Assembly: GCF_963921235.1 (NCBI RefSeq)
Contig: NW_026948187.1
Span: 6,882,001 to 6,946,000 of the forward strand
DNA: 64,000 nt
Direction of reading: 5' to 3'
From: Mobula hypostoma
Lineage: Eukaryota
Shown here: piece by piece, positions 11,415-24,360 of the stretch
Numbering within the stretch: position 1 is the first letter of the stretch
How the letters are laid out: each line of letters opens with the position of its first letter
Notes under the pieces: model-generated
What the model saw: only the letters and a program-made list of their open reading frames with translations
Told to the model about the DNA's origin: nothing
Databases searched by the model: none
Program-made: the position numbers and the translations under genes

Positions 11415-11875
11415 TCCATACTCCAACCCAATTCATGGGCTGCTGCTTCCGGTCTACCAGTATGGCCACACAGCACACTCTCTCCGTCTCTGTCTCCGTC
11501 CGTCCCTGTCCCTTCTTTCCTCTCCCCCTTTAGCACACCGTGTGCAATTTGTTAATGCTCCCGAGACTTTGTAATTTCGGAAATCTACAAAAAACCGATG
11601 AAAGAAGGGAACCAGAATGAACCTCCGTTTCGTTGAAATCGCTGGTCTGTCGTGATGCGGACCTGGCGCTGTACCGTCTGAAATACTGTGTCCAGTAAGG
11701 ATCAACCCTCGGCAGAAAATTTCTCTCTTTCTCAGACTCCGTCTCTTTCCGGCTCTCTTTCTCTGACCATACCATTATTTCTATCTCTGGGTCTTAGCGC
11801 TTGTCGTGACCCATCCAATTTGTTCCCTTTCATACCTTTCCAGAAATGGAAGATAACTTTTACCCCAGCGCTTTA

Positions 11876-11889
11876 ACGCCCCCTAGTGG
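11876..11889 (-). promoter_or_regulatory. CTCF-like motif upstream of V5
   Basis: CCACTAGGGGGCGT. Confidence 0.7.
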
Positions 11890-12129
11890 TAGCATCCTGT
11901 GCCTTCACATGCCGCCCACCCGCCTATCTTGCTAAATTGCAGAGAGGGAGAGAGAGCAGATCTGTAAGGAAGACGATATTTTTCTTCACTATCAATCCGC
12001 AAGAATATATGTCCTTGCCTTTCTTCATGCTCTTACCAGGTCCGAGGTTGCAGATATACCCAGCATGAATACAATGTAACTCTTTCCCGAGAGGGGTCGG
12101 AAACGAAGCTTTGGCCGAGGGCAGGTTCA

Positions 12130-12850
12130 GTGAGTTGACTCCCTAAGCAGCAAAAGTCATGAAGTATAAAGGTGCGATCTCGCGTATTCGTCCATCATCT
12201 GATCTGTCACGCCGAAATGTCCTGCACCTCCTTTGAACCCTCTTTAATTTCAACTCATCCGTTCTTCGATAAGGGGCCCAAAACAGCTCACAATACTTAA
12301 CCTGAGGTCTCATCGGTCCTTTGTAAAGTCTCAACATTACATCTTATATATTCGAGTTTTCTCGAATGCTAACATAGCATTTGCTTTACTCACCACCGAC
12401 TGAACCGGCCATTGAACTTTTAGGAAATTTTTCCCAAGTCCCTTTGGATCTCATATTTTTGCATTTTCTCTCCAAATAGTAAATTGCTAAAGCTTTTATT
12501 TCTTCTGCTTAAGTGCATGATAATGTAATACACTTCCCCAAACTCTAATTTCTTTGCCCTTTCTCGGAATATGTCACAGTCCTTCTGCTGTCTCTGTACT
12601 TCCTGTCCCATCATTTATCTTCGTACTGTCCGCAAAGTTGCCCACAAACCATCAATTCCGTCATCCCACGTATAAAGATACGGTCCCAACACAGACTCCT
12701 GTGGACCAGCATGAGACTGCCCCCCGCCCCCAGTCCATGAGAAAAGACTGCCTTCATTCTCACTCATTGTCTCCCGCCAATCACTCAGCGCTCTGTCCAC
12801 TCTATTATCGAGCCTGTAATACTATGGGCTCATGTTAAACATCTTCATGT
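12130..12850 (-). mobile_element. Degenerate CR1-clade LINE fragment
   Basis: LRLYKGPMRPQVKYCELFWAPYRRTDELKLKRVQRR and upstream RT remnants. Confidence 0.75.
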
Positions 12851-13510
12851 GTGGCACGTCGACAAAAGGCCATCCGAAAATCCAAGTACGCTATATTCAC
12901 GATTGTCCTTTGTCTATCCTGCCTGTTATTTCTTTGAAGAAGACCAATATATTTGTCAGGCTAGATTTTCACTGAATCAAAATCATGCTGACTGCAACCT
13001 ATTTGTTCACGTGCCCCCAAGTACCCTGAAACCACATCCTTAGACAGTGACTCTAACATCTTCCCAACCACTGTGGTCGGAATATGCAGCCTATCATAAA
13101 TGGGGTTAGGTTACAATCAACATAGAACCGAGTTGACCAGTACAGTACCGGCTTTTCTGTCTTCAATCTTGTGCCGACCTTACAACCTACTCAAAGATCA
13201 ATCTAACTATTTTGTATAATCGTAGACTTTCATTGTCCTTTCATTGAATGATATGGGCCGTGTGCTTGACGTTTGGATTATCTTCGGATAGGACGTGGAA
13301 CATAAGCCCATAACACGCAATAGCAGCTTCAGGCCATGCTCGCGTCTGTCGCATTTGCGTGTTTTGCGTGTGTAGCGGGCTCACTGCATCTGAAGAATCC
13401 TCTGTGTATAAAATGTATCGACTGATATTCACTGAGTTGTCCTCCCGGTGGTTACTTCCCCATTAACTCTTCTCAGTTTTTCCCATTCCCCATTCAGGCT
13501 ACCTTCTCAC

Positions 13511-13723
13511 CGTAAACAACAGGAATTCTGCAGATGCTGGAAATTCAAGCAGCACACATAAAAATTGCTGGTGAACGCAGCAGGCCAGGCAGCATCTCTA
13601 GGAAGAGGTGCAGTCGACGTTTCAGGCCAAGACCCTTCGTCAGGACTAACTGAAACGTCAACTCCACCTCTTCCTGGAGATGCTGCCTGGCCTGCTGCGT
13701 TCACCAGCAACTTTTATGTGTGT
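13511..13723. mobile_element. Foldback Penelope-like pLTR insertion with 11-bp TSD
   Basis: Inverted arms about 13553-13625 and 13650-13722, flanked by TACCTTCTCAC at 13500-13510 and 13724-13734. Confidence 0.8.
13611..13647 (-). ncRNA. Minimal type I hammerhead ribozyme motif
   Basis: AGUC-CUGACGA-AGGgucuuggCCU-GAAACGUC-GACUG. Confidence 0.7.
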
Positions 13724-14155
13724 TACCTTCTCACGCCTTTCGTTCTCCTTTTTTTCCCATCACCCCGCTCTGCTTCTCCTCTCCTTCCCTTTACTCCATG
13801 GCCCTCGGTACTCTCGTGACAGATTTCATCTCTGTCCTTTACCTCCCCATTCTATCCCCCTTTAGTATCCTATATCATCTCCCAACTTCTGACGCATCGG
13901 CTGCCGTCTTGCAAACCTTCTCCGCCCCCACTGCTGCTCTCTTCCTTTTCAGTGTTGATGAAGCGTCTCTGTCTGAGGCTTCTCCTCCATAGATGCTGCC
14001 TGACGAGCCGAGTTCCTCGAGGGTTTTGAATCTGGAGTATCGGGTACCCTCCTCCCGTAATCCGCCTCCCTCTGTCTGTGATCAGTGCCCTCCGTGGCCG
14101 TGATGGTGGAACCCGGGCCCCCCGTTCGGAGACGGGGACGGTGATACTGTCCTTA

Positions 14156-14160
<5 letters not shown>

Positions 14161-14204
<44 letters not shown>

Positions 14205-14236
14205 TGTGAGAGAGAGAGAGTGAGAGAGAGAGAGAG
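14161..14236. repeat. (TG)n(GA)n microsatellite
   Basis: Perfect dinucleotide runs. Confidence 0.95.
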
Positions 14237-14981
14237 TGCTTTACGAAACAAGACTCGATCGCCACAATCCTGATGGCATAAAATTCAATTTCTCCACCTG
14301 ATGATAATCTCTCCCCTCCAGCTTCCCTGTTTTCACTATTCCCTATCCTGGACACACTCTCACCTTGTCACTTCACCTCACCTGCCCATCACCTCACTCT
14401 CGTTCCTCTCCACGTTCCCTTTGTTCCAGCATGCACTGCCCTCGCCTATCAGACTCATTCTTCTTCAGCCGTTCAGCTGATCGACCTATCACCACCCAGC
14501 TTCTTACAACTTGTCCGGCAAAAACCCCAGACACCCAGCATCAATTCGCCTGGACTTTGCTGTCACCTTGCTGCTTGTACTCTTTCACCTCCCTCACCTT
14601 CTTCTTCTTCTCCTGGCCACTACACCGTTTCCTTCCAGCCCAGTGCGTGCAGCTCAAGGTATTTTGTATTTGCAGAATCGCTGGTCATCTGTTATTATCT
14701 TGCCAGCAGCGCCCCCCTCAGGCCAGCCAGGTATTTGTTCAGCTCCCCCTTCTCTTCAAGTCGCCGTGAATACTCAGGGCACAGAAATAATGTGCAGAAG
14801 AGTCGTCTGTCGGAGAACTTCAGAGCCAACTCCTTCCAGTTCAGCCACTCCGCCTTGCAACCGAATTGCGTTACCGCTGGCAAAGCAGAATTGTGTGCTA
14901 TGGAGTAGAGCAGGATCTGGACTCAGTCTCCCGGCTATAGCCATTATCACTACGCGTCATCCACGTTCACGGTACACTTTA

Positions 14982-14995
14982 GCGCCCCCTGCTGG
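14982..14995 (-). promoter_or_regulatory. Consensus CTCF motif, intergenic
   Basis: CCAGCAGGGGGCGC. Confidence 0.75.
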
Positions 14996-15479
14996 CCGGC
15001 AGATCCGGAGACAGCCGGGTCCAGGTGGATAGCCGTCCGGAAAGGATACGTGGAGGCGTGTCGGCGGGAATGAAGGTGAATGGACGCGGAGGACCGGGTG
15101 GTGGGGCGGGGGGGGGGTGGGCGATTGGTGCAGAATCAAAGATAGAATGAGACCACGTTGTAAAGGATCGTCGACTCAGGCCAAAGAGTGCAGCGTCGGG
15201 CATTTTCATGCCTTAGAAGGCGCGGAACGAAAGACTGTGTGGCGCGCCAATCCTCACACAGACAGAGAGGTTGGTGTGGTTAAGTGCCTTTCTCAAGGAC
15301 ACAGCACGCTGCCTCAGCCTGGGCTCGACTCGGCAATCTTCAGATCACCAGACGAATGCCTTAACCCCTTGACCACGTAACCACGTTTTAAAGGGGTAAG
15401 ACAAACGTAAGGAAAACGGAGAGAAAGAGCGAAGGAAAGAATAAAAATAGTCTAACTCACTAACGCCAGAGGGATAAAG

Positions 15480-15890
15480 TCAGTTGCAGAAACAGAACCA
15501 TACAATTCCCTTCTCCATTCCCCATTCCCATTTCCTTCTTTCACCTTATCCCCTTCTGCGCATCATCTTCCTCTGGTACTGTACCAGCTTTTCCTTCTCC
15601 CATGGCCTTCTGTCCTCTCCCATCAGATCCCCCTTCTCCAGCCCTGTCAATTTCCCAGCAAACAACTTCCAGCTCTTTACTTCAACATCATCCCTCGCCC
15701 CCCACTCTAACCCGGGGTCTCCAATCACCTTGTGTTTCTTATTCCCCTCCCCACACCTTCGTACTCAGACTCATCTTTTACTTCTCCCGTCCTGATGAAG
15801 GTTCTCGGCAAAAAACGTCGAATGTACTCTTTTCCAAAGAGGATGGCTTGCCTGCTGAGTTCCTCCAGGAATTTGTCTGTGTCGCTTGCA
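15480..15890 (+). mobile_element. Degenerate Penelope-like 3' remnant
   Basis: Pyrimidine-rich UTR then gtcctgatgaaggttctcggcaaaaaacgtcg (hammerhead with GAAA>AAAA). Confidence 0.6.
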
Positions 15891-16662
15891 TCTTTCCCAA
15901 GTTCCACTCTGTCCATTACACAGCCTATCATTTGCTCTTTCGATCACCTCGCTCTCATTTATGCTCGTTTTTCGATGATTCCCATTTGAATAACTCTTCA
16001 GTTTTTTTCCGATTTGCTCGATCTAATCGGGGCGCTTCAGTGCGGAACAGGTTCCGTGGATGTGAACTGCATTCAGCGACAGAGCGCTCAGCAGAAATTA
16101 CTCCGTGACATCGGTGACCGTTTTCGCGGTTTCGGTGATTTGATGTTTAATAGTTTGTTTGCTGGCTCGCTGCTGTTCCTTTTTTCTCTCGTGTGATGGG
16201 CGTTTCATGATGTACTTTTAAAGGATAACATGTTTTTTCTTTGTTTCGTGCTGCCAGCGGGAGGATTCAAGGTGTGTATCCGGCCCCTGTACACCGTCTG
16301 TCCCCCGTCACTCACCACCATTCACACAAAGAGCGGGAGATCTGAGCGCTGATCGGACACACACAGAAGATACGATCTTTCCCTAAAGAGGATTTGTGGG
16401 AAGACTGCACATAACAGGAAAGGATGAGGTAAGAAATCAGTACGCGGATTATCTTCAGCCTTCTGAATGCTGAAGGGGAGGACCTGAAAACCTATATGAC
16501 CGCCCATCTCTCACTGATTGGCAGCTGCGGCGCACCGCCTGACTGATAGACCCGCCTCCCACCCTGTGATTTACAGACATCGTATTTCCCGTTTCGCTGC
16601 AAAAGCGACCCGACTGACGGAGAAGTTTTTGTACAGCTGCTCCATCAGTCTGAGCCGCCGTG

Positions 16663-17286
16663 ATCACTCCAGGCGCAGAAATACACGGCCGCCGCATTCG
16701 CCTCCAGTTTGTTGGACTTCAGGAAGACCTCGTTGCTCTGCGGTCTCTCCGCCGTAAAACCGTCGACCAATCCCTCTGGCTGGACGAACTTAGCTGCCGT
16801 CGAGTAAAACATGTTCTCCAGACCCTTTCCCGGGTGTTGTCGGTACCAGGACAACACGTTACCAGCACTGGTACTGCCCTCTACTTTACAACGCAGGGTC
16901 ACCTTCTGGCCGGCAGTTCCCGAGAAAGCCGGAATCTGGTGGATCGTCACCGAGCTCACGTCTGGAAATAAGAGACGGGGGAGGCAGAACGGGGTGAATG
17001 GACATGGAGAGGCGGGTCAATGGGAAAGGGGAGAAAGAGGGTGCACTGACGGAAGCAAAGTGGAGGATTGCAGTCGGGAAAAGCTGGAGAGGTGATCGGA
17101 ATTTACAGGCTGTGGCAGAGGGCAGATCGTGTGCGGACGCGACGGCTCGTAAGTAGATAAGTAATGAGTCCAAGACGAGTAGTGACGGAAACGTGAACGC
17201 CAGGCATAAGCAGAGAGAGATTAAAATGTATTTGTCGACTTTCACTCACAGTGGAAGGCGAGAATGAAGTTCAGAAATAGAAACAT
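16663..17286 (-). CDS. TRBV: V6: TRBV30-like segment, likely functional (leader 17250-17286, V exon 16663-16961)
   Basis: MFLFLNFILAFH|YVSSVTIHQ..CKVEG..LSWYRQ..VYFCAWSD. RSS CACGGCG(16656-16662)-23-ACAAAAACT(16624-16632). Confidence 0.92.
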
Positions 17287-18045
17287 CTTTCCTGGAGGAT
17301 TTAGTCTCTTCGTCATTAAAGTGGTGCGTGCAGCAGACAAATAATCACTCAACCCGGATGGTTATTACATCAGTGACGTAGGTGGATTTCCGGAAGTCTG
17401 GATTGGCCACGTCCCTTATCTGCTCCAACATGATTCGAGTGGTGTAGTTCTTCACTCTACCAAGTTGTCTAGACAACACTCTCCCTCTCTGGCGCTCTCC
17501 TCGTCCCTCCCTATATCTTTCTTCATCTCCCCCGGTTATCTCAAAGTGCCCGATTTACTTAAGCTCCCAAGTCTTTGTAATTTTGGAAATATGACAACAG
17601 GCATAAGAAAACAGGCCAGACTTCAGCCCCCTCTCGCTGAAGCGAAGAGTCTCATAATGAGTGCTATTTGATGAACCTTATGAAACACCTTCTGTCCTGC
17701 ACAGAACAGTCTTTGGCATTCAATCTCTCTCATTCTCTCCCTGTCTGAACCTAGACCTTTGGCCCTTAGCAGTAGTTCCCACCTAGCCGACGGGAAAATT
17801 TACCTTTACAGAAAAAACTGTTTCCCTTTAAATGCCTTCGAAATATCTGGCATGGACTGTAACTCAGTGCTTTTCCGCCCCTAGTGGTAGCAGCCTGTGC
17901 CTTCAGGCATAGTTCGAATACATTGAGGTAGGCTTCATATTCACGGTGTGTGTCCTGCCCTTGTTATCCTATTCCTCTGCGTCTCTTAACAATCCCCATT
18001 ATCTATCTATCTCCTATCTTCGCGTACCGAAGCCCCTCTGTATCT

Positions 18046-18350
18046 CTGGGGAGTCCAGAACCAGAGGCCACAGTTTAAGAATAAGGGGGACACAGTTTAG
18101 AACGAAACAATTTTCACACAGAGGGTTGTGGTTCTGTGGAATGCTCTGCCTTAGAAGGCAGTGGAGGCCAATTCTCTAAATTCTTTCAAAAAAAGTTAGA
18201 CAGAGCTTTTAAAGATAGCGGAGTGAAGGAATATTGGGAGAAGGCAGGAAAAAGGTACTGATTGTGGATGATCAGGCATGATCACAGTGAATGGTGCTGC
18301 TGGCTCGAAGGGCAGAATGGCCGACTCCTGCACTTATTGTCTATTGTCTA
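18046..18350 (+). mobile_element. CR1-clade LINE 3' end
   Basis: GESRTRGHSLRIRG..FSHRGLWFCG plus typical 3' UTR. Confidence 0.75.
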
Positions 18351-18599
18351 TTGACCCGCCCCACCGTTCACGGTATGTGCCCTACCCTCGTACACCGAAC
18401 TTTGTCTGTTTGTCAAACCCTTATGCCCCTTGCTTCCTCTGTTCCTGAACCGTCCTGTATTCCCCGTATTTTGTGTTTCCACTGTGACACCAAACCAAGT
18501 TATCGGACGATTGATGCTAATGAGAGAGATAAGAGAGACAATGGAGAAACGTTCAAAATGTTAATGAGAGAGGAGAGAGAGATTAAAATTCCTTTCATG

Positions 18600-18790
18600 C
18601 CTGAGGTTAGAGGAGAACGGTCAGACTCTATCAAGCTGACAGGAAAGCGACAGTAATTCAAATAACCATGTTTTGCAACAGCTGTGTGCAAAAAAGCATC
18701 TCTGAATGCACAATATGTTGAAACTTGAAGCGGATGGGCGACGGCAGAAGAGAACCACGAACATACACTGAGTGGCACCTTGTTATGTAG
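18600..18790 (+). mobile_element. Tc1-like derivative fragment
   Basis: Homologous to 5330-5510. Confidence 0.65.
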
Positions 18791-19094
18791 AGAGCATATC
18801 CACCAATAGGATGTTTTTCTCATTAGTCACTTATGTACACAGTACATGGATGTATGTGCGAGATGTTAGCATTCGTGCAGATGCATCCGTGGAGGAAACT
18901 TTTACAGATGCACCTGTATAACATTTGCGCGTTGCTGTGTGCCGTTCGAGTAGGACACTGTGCGGCGATACACAGAGTACTGCTGCCCCCACGTGGCCGA
19001 AATCCCGTTCTGCAGCTCTTGGTGGAAAGGTGGAAAGGTATTTCTGTGGTAGGAGACTCGCGTTCTGGCGCTCTGGATGGCTTGTGGAAAAGTG

Positions 19095-19510
19095 CAGCTT
19101 TGGACGTTTTAGACCGAGACCCTTCATCAGGACTGAGAGTGAAAAGTGGACGGGAAGGCGGGGGCGATGCCTGAATTAAAAGTTGCGGGATGGGTAAAAG
19201 GCCGGCTGGAAGGTGATACGTGAAGAGAGGCGGAAGGGACAGGACAAGGGCTGGAGTGGGAAGAAAATGATAGGAGAAGGAGACGGAAAACAGGGGAAGG
19301 GGAAGGAGAAAGAGGCCAAGCGGGAACTAATAGTCTGCAGAAAGAAGTAAAATGTAACAGTAAGACACACCATCAGGCCGGAGGGTGCCCAGATGAAATA
19401 TAAAAGTTGTTCCTCTCCCTTAAGGGTGGCCTCCTCTTCACACGAGGGGTCGTCATGGACCATTATGTCGGAAGGTGAACGGGAATGGGAATTACAATAC
19501 TTGGCCACAG
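19095..19510 (-). mobile_element. Penelope-like 3' remnant, paralogue of 5570-6060
   Basis: HSRSPSDIMVHDDPSCEEEATLKGEEQLL and degenerate hammerhead (AAAA for GAAA). Confidence 0.65.
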
Positions 19511-20200
19511 TGAATTCCCTGTGCAGTTATGCGGTGAAAAGCTTGTTCGCAGAGATCAATTCATAAAGCTTTGAATTAGGATAGAGAATGGTAAATTAAT
19601 AAATTCGATTACACTTGCTGCATCTGTGGAGTTACAGTGAAAAACTGCTCTTGCATACAGATAATTTCATTGGTTATCTCAATAATCGACCAGGTATTCT
19701 CCAAAGTCAGAAAGAAGGCACACGCGTACGTAAATATCACAGGCCATCCTCAGGAAACCCAAACGAGATATCATCCATTGCACCAATGAACAGCACGTGA
19801 AAAACGCCACAGCAACGAACCGCACTGTGGGTCAAATTAGACAAATTTAAATCAGAATGAAAAATTACACCGGGGTATCGGACAGCTTACTGGAATTTGA
19901 TCAGCGCTTATGATACGCACGTCAACCCGCTTTACGGTACCGCCAACAAACATACAAAATGGCCTCTTCCAAGTCCAATCCCGTCCGCCGGAGATGACGT
20001 ATCATTTCAATGACTAAACAGAAAGGGGATTGGGACGGCCGTCCACATCGGTGGTCTGATCTTGAAGATTAGGGACATGAGTTCGGAAGAAAGATTCGAA
20101 CTTCCGACCGTCCATCAAGTTAAATCTCGGCCAATGTCGCACTACGTAACTCCAACAAAAACACTCGTCTTCTCCACGTTTCTATGACGTTTTGTCTTAC

Positions 20201-20252
20201 TTGGCATCAACGTCAGAATACGTAGCAAGCAATGTGTCCCACATACTATCAT
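20201..20252 (-). pseudogene. Orphan TRBV leader exon (V exon deleted)
   Basis: MIVCGTHCLLRILTLMP plus GTAAGA donor. Intron copy of V1 ends at about 19677 with no V exon. Confidence 0.75.
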
Positions 20253-21312
20253 CTGCCCGAGAGAGACACCAGCAGCTTTGGCATCAAGTGTAGCAGAATG
20301 CCAGCATTCAGGAGAAGGACTTTGTGCTGTCTGTTTGTGGCCCGCTGACGGCTGCGTCACATCCTGCGCATAACAGCCCGAACATCATTACCAATCAAAA
20401 GCCGAAGGAAGAGCGAAGTTGGAAGTACAGTTGGTGTTGAACGACAGTTTCAGTATTTGTTGAGCAAACATACGGAGGAAAGACGGTTGTTTTGATTGGG
20501 TTATTAATCAGAGGTTCAGGAACTACCACCAGTAAGGACACAATTATGAGTTTCCAGTTGTGTATTATCTCCTGCTATGTCTCTCTCACTCTCTCTGTCT
20601 CTGTCTCCCCCTCTCTATCTATCTAACTCTCTATCAACCTATCTATTAGTACATCTATATAATCTATCTATTTATCTATCTATCCATCCATCTGTGTATG
20701 TCTGCATGCATCTATGTATCGGTCAATCTCTCTACCAATCTATTATCTAACTAATTCTACTTTCTGTTCATCGGTTGAAATCTCACTGGCACCTGAGCGC
20801 AGGGGTGAACAAATTCCCTTCCTGCCGGTTTTGTTAAAGGTGTTCGGAAGGGTTTAACCTAATTATTAATCTACCAATAAGTCATTTATACAAACACAAC
20901 ATAGATTTGTTAATATCGCCAGAAGCCAAACTGAACATTGCTTTGAACGCCATCCCTGCAAATAATTAAAGCACTTCAGTTGTAAATGCTGCTGTGACTC
21001 AAAGGAGGGTTGCCAAATTCCTTTAACTTCGTAGGAAATTCGACGCGGTCACTGTTTTTCTTTTGTGTGAAGTGTTTCTGAATTACTTCAGGCACGCGTG
21101 CCCTTTTCACTGACCTGATTTCCTGATATTACATATTGGGTTGTGTAGGTGGGAAGAATCAAAAGGCAATTGCAGTGTTATGCTGGACGCGACTCGGGCA
21201 GTGAAGCTCAATATGCAGCGACCCCTACTGGTGGGAAACAGCGGGTTCTGAGCCTTCAGCGATTGTGCAGAACAGTTTTTGTCAGAGGCGGCTCGACTTC
21301 TCAACCTCTGTG

Positions 21313-21762
21313 CGCTACTACAGGCGCAGAAATAGATGGCCGAGCGAGAGTGCGAGGCGTTCTTTACTTCCAGTTGAAAGAAAGTGCTGTTGGGTCTTGT
21401 TGCCGCGTAGGATTCCGACGTGTAACTGTTGACTATATCTTTCCCAACAGAATAGAAAAGAGCTTCGATTGCCATGTCCAGTCGCTGTCTGTACCAGTAC
21501 ATTTTATCATAGTAGGAATTCAGCAGCGTGCATTGGACAGTGGCTGACTCTCCAAATCCAACTGACAGGGAAGGAGGCGACTGCCTCACGTACGCGGCCA
21601 GAATCCCTGCAAGGAAGAAATTCCATTAGAGCCTAATTTCTCTCAACAAATGTTCGCCCGGTCTGTGAACCTGAGTTACCTTCCGCAGAACCATTGTTAT
21701 CCTGACTTACGCGGGATCAATGCCACGATCAGCGGAAGACAATGTGTTCCTCGCACCATCAT
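21313..21762 (-). CDS. TRBV: V7: TRBV segment, likely functional (leader 21711-21762, V exon 21313-21606)
   Basis: MMVRGTHCLPLIVALIP|RILAAYVRQSPP..IYFCACSS. RSS CACAGAG(21306-21312)-23-ACAAAAACT(21274-21282). CTCF-like motif at 21218-21231. Confidence 0.92.
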
Positions 21763-22113
21763 TCACAGTGTAGACACTGGCTGGCTTTGGGGTGGAGTGC
21801 CGTTCAAGACCAGCTTTCAGTAAAAATGTACTGCGCTGCTGAAAAAAAAATGCTTGTATTGGCCCAATGACGTCTTCCACTTCCTGTGTAATTGATAAAC
21901 GGTACGTTTTTCTTCTGACGTCATTCGGAAGCTGAAAGAGAGTGGGGGTTGCAGTTTCCGCAGTGTCGTGTTTGTGAGGAAGCATAACTCCAGGTCTGTA
22001 GACACAGAGAGACACACAGACAGACGCACACACACAACAGACACACACAACACACATCACACACAGACACGCACCATGCAGAGGCACACAACACGCGTCC
22101 GTAACACACAGAG

Positions 22114-22380
22114 NNNNNNNNNNNNNNNNNNNNNNNNNNNNNNNNNNNNNNNNNNNNNNNNNNNNNNNNNNNNNNNNNNNNNNNNNNNNNNNNNNNNNNN
22201 NNNNNNNNNNNNNNNNNNNNNNNNNNNNNNNNNNNNNNNNNNNNNNNNNNNNNNNNNNNNNNNNNNNNNNNNNNNNNNNNNNNNNNNNNNNNNNNNNNNN
22301 NNNNNNNNNNNNNNNNNNNNNNNNNNNNNNNNNNNNNNNNNNNNNNNNNNNNNNNNNNNNNNNNNNNNNNNNNNNNNNNN
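22114..22380. other. Assembly gap (N run)
   Basis: 267 N. Confidence 1.
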
Positions 22381-22469
22381 CTATCTACCTATATTCCCGA
22401 GTTATTCGTAAAGCATCTGATCCTGAAAGCGCGTGGATGTGACAGGGAATACATAGCTGTACACCAACA

Positions 22470-22810
22470 CGTTAATGTAAACATCTGATCAGCCAATCAA
22501 GTTGCAATAATCAATTCAATTTGCAGCAGTCAATGCATAAGAGCATGCAGACAATGTCAAGATGTTGTATGGCTGTTCGGCCCAAACATCAGAATGGGGA
22601 AGGAATGTGATCTAAGTGACTTTAACCGCAGAATGATAATTGGTTCCAGTCCGGGAGAGGTTGCGGATCTCAGAAACAACGGAGATCCAGGGATATTAAC
22701 ACACAACATACTCTACTGTTCACAGAGAGTGGTGCGAAAAAATTAACATTGCCCGGGGTTAAAGGAGAACGGCCAGACTCTCTCAAGCTGACAGGAAGGC
22801 AATCGTAATT
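22470..22810 (+). mobile_element. Tc1-like derivative fragment
   Basis: gtcaatgcataagagcatgcagac..ggaaggaatgtgatctaagtgact. Confidence 0.65.
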
Positions 22811-22838
22811 CTACTGCTGCCCCGTTCAGGACTAACGA

Positions 22839-22875
22839 AGTCCTGACGAAGGGTCTCGGCCTGAAACGTCGACTG
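22839..22875 (+). ncRNA. Minimal type I hammerhead ribozyme motif (Penelope pLTR piece about 22826-22935)
   Basis: AGUC-CUGACGA-AGGgucucggCCU-GAAACGUC-GACUG. Predicted cleavage after 22870. Confidence 0.72.
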
Positions 22876-23060
22876 CACCTCTTCCTAGAGATGCTGCCTG
22901 GCCTGTTGTGTTCACCAGCAAATTTGATGTGTTCGTGACAGAAATGAGCAGCCGAACACGGACTGGTGCTGCCACCTACTGGTACAACATGGCCACTGAG
23001 CCTCCCTGCGATAGGCTGGAAGGTTTCTGCAGTGGGAGACTCGTTATCTCAACTTCTGTG

Positions 23061-23313
23061 CGCTACTACAAGCGCAGTAGCAGACGGCGGAGTGGGAGGC
23101 CGATGCCCGTCCCAGTTCCAGTTGAAACAGAGTGTTGCTCGGTCTTGGCGCCGTGTAGGAATCGGATGTGTAGTTTGTCACCGAACCTTGCCCAGCAGAA
23201 TAGAAGAGGCAATCTATTGCCCGGTCCGATCGCTGTCTGTACCAATACATGATTTGATAGCCCGTATTCAGCAGCGTATACGACACGCTGGCAGACTCTC
23301 CCTGTCCGATTGA
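23061..23313 (-). pseudogene. TRBV: V8: TRBV pseudogene, 5' end replaced by a Tc1 fragment
   Basis: First Cys>Tyr (VSYTLL), VCYC. No acceptor or leader. RSS CACAGAA(23054-23060)-23-GCAGAAACC. CTCF-like motif at 22969-22982. Confidence 0.88.
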
Positions 23314-23550
23314 ATGATTATTGGTGCCAGTCCAGGAGAGGTTGGGTATCTCAGAAACTGCTGACACCCTGGAAAAAATCACCTAAAACGTTTGCCAGTG
23401 TTTACAGAGAATGGTAGGAAACAGAAATATTTGTGGGAATTATCTGGGTGAAAATAACCATCTGTTACAACAGAGGTATGCGGAAGGGCATCTCTGAATG
23501 CACAATAGACCACGAACATACACCGAGTGGTTACTGTATTAGGTACAGGA
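23314..23550 (+). mobile_element. Tc1-like derivative fragment
   Basis: gaatgattattggtgccagtcc...ccacgaacatacaccgagtgg. Confidence 0.65.
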
Positions 23551-23844
23551 GGTCTCGAAACATATAGAACATAATATAACATAATATAACATCTCCCCAT
23601 TAATCAGATGTGGGTGGAATATATAGCTGTTTGTACGAAGTGCTCGCATTTGTACAGATACATCCGTACAGCAACCTCGTACATATACACCGGCATAACG
23701 TTTGCGCGGGACCAGTAGCAACGATACATAGAGTATTGCCACCCCCAAGAGGCGTAACGACCGTGCTGCCCCTCTCGGTGAATAGGTGGAGGGATTTTGT
23801 GCTCTCGCTCTCTGTATGGTGCTACTCTGAATGGAAGAGAACGA

Positions 23845-24210
23845 ATTGGACTTTTCAGGCCGAGTCCCTTCATCACGACTGAGAGGGAGAGGGAGATGCC
23901 TGATTTAAAAGTTGCGGGAGGGGACAAAGGTCGGCTGAAAGGTGATAGGTGAAGACAGTTGGGTGGGAAAAGTTAAGCGCTGGCGAAGAAAGAATATGGT
24001 AGAGGAGGAGAGTGGAGAAAAGGGAAAAGGGATGGAGCAAAGGGCCGAGGGGAAATAATAGACAGGTGCAAAGAAGTGAAAGGTTTGTGCAGGGAATGCG
24101 GGTGGTGAAACAATCCATTTATATACGATCAGGATGGTGGGTATTAAGACGGAATATAGGAGGTTGTTCCTCTAGCTTGAGAGTGGCCTCCTCCTTGCAC
24201 GTGAACAGAA
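23845..24210 (-). mobile_element. Penelope-like 3' remnant
   Basis: Paralogue of 5570-6060, hammerhead core mutated. Confidence 0.55.
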
Positions 24211-24360
24211 ATCGGAATCGAGTATTACCCGTTCGTGACAGAAGGGAGAAGACGATCACAGTTCGTTGCTGCCACCTAGTGGTACAACAGGGCCGCTGAA
24301 CTTCTCTACGATTGGCTGGAAGGTTTTTGCAGTGGGAGACTCGTTATCTGGAGCCCTGTG

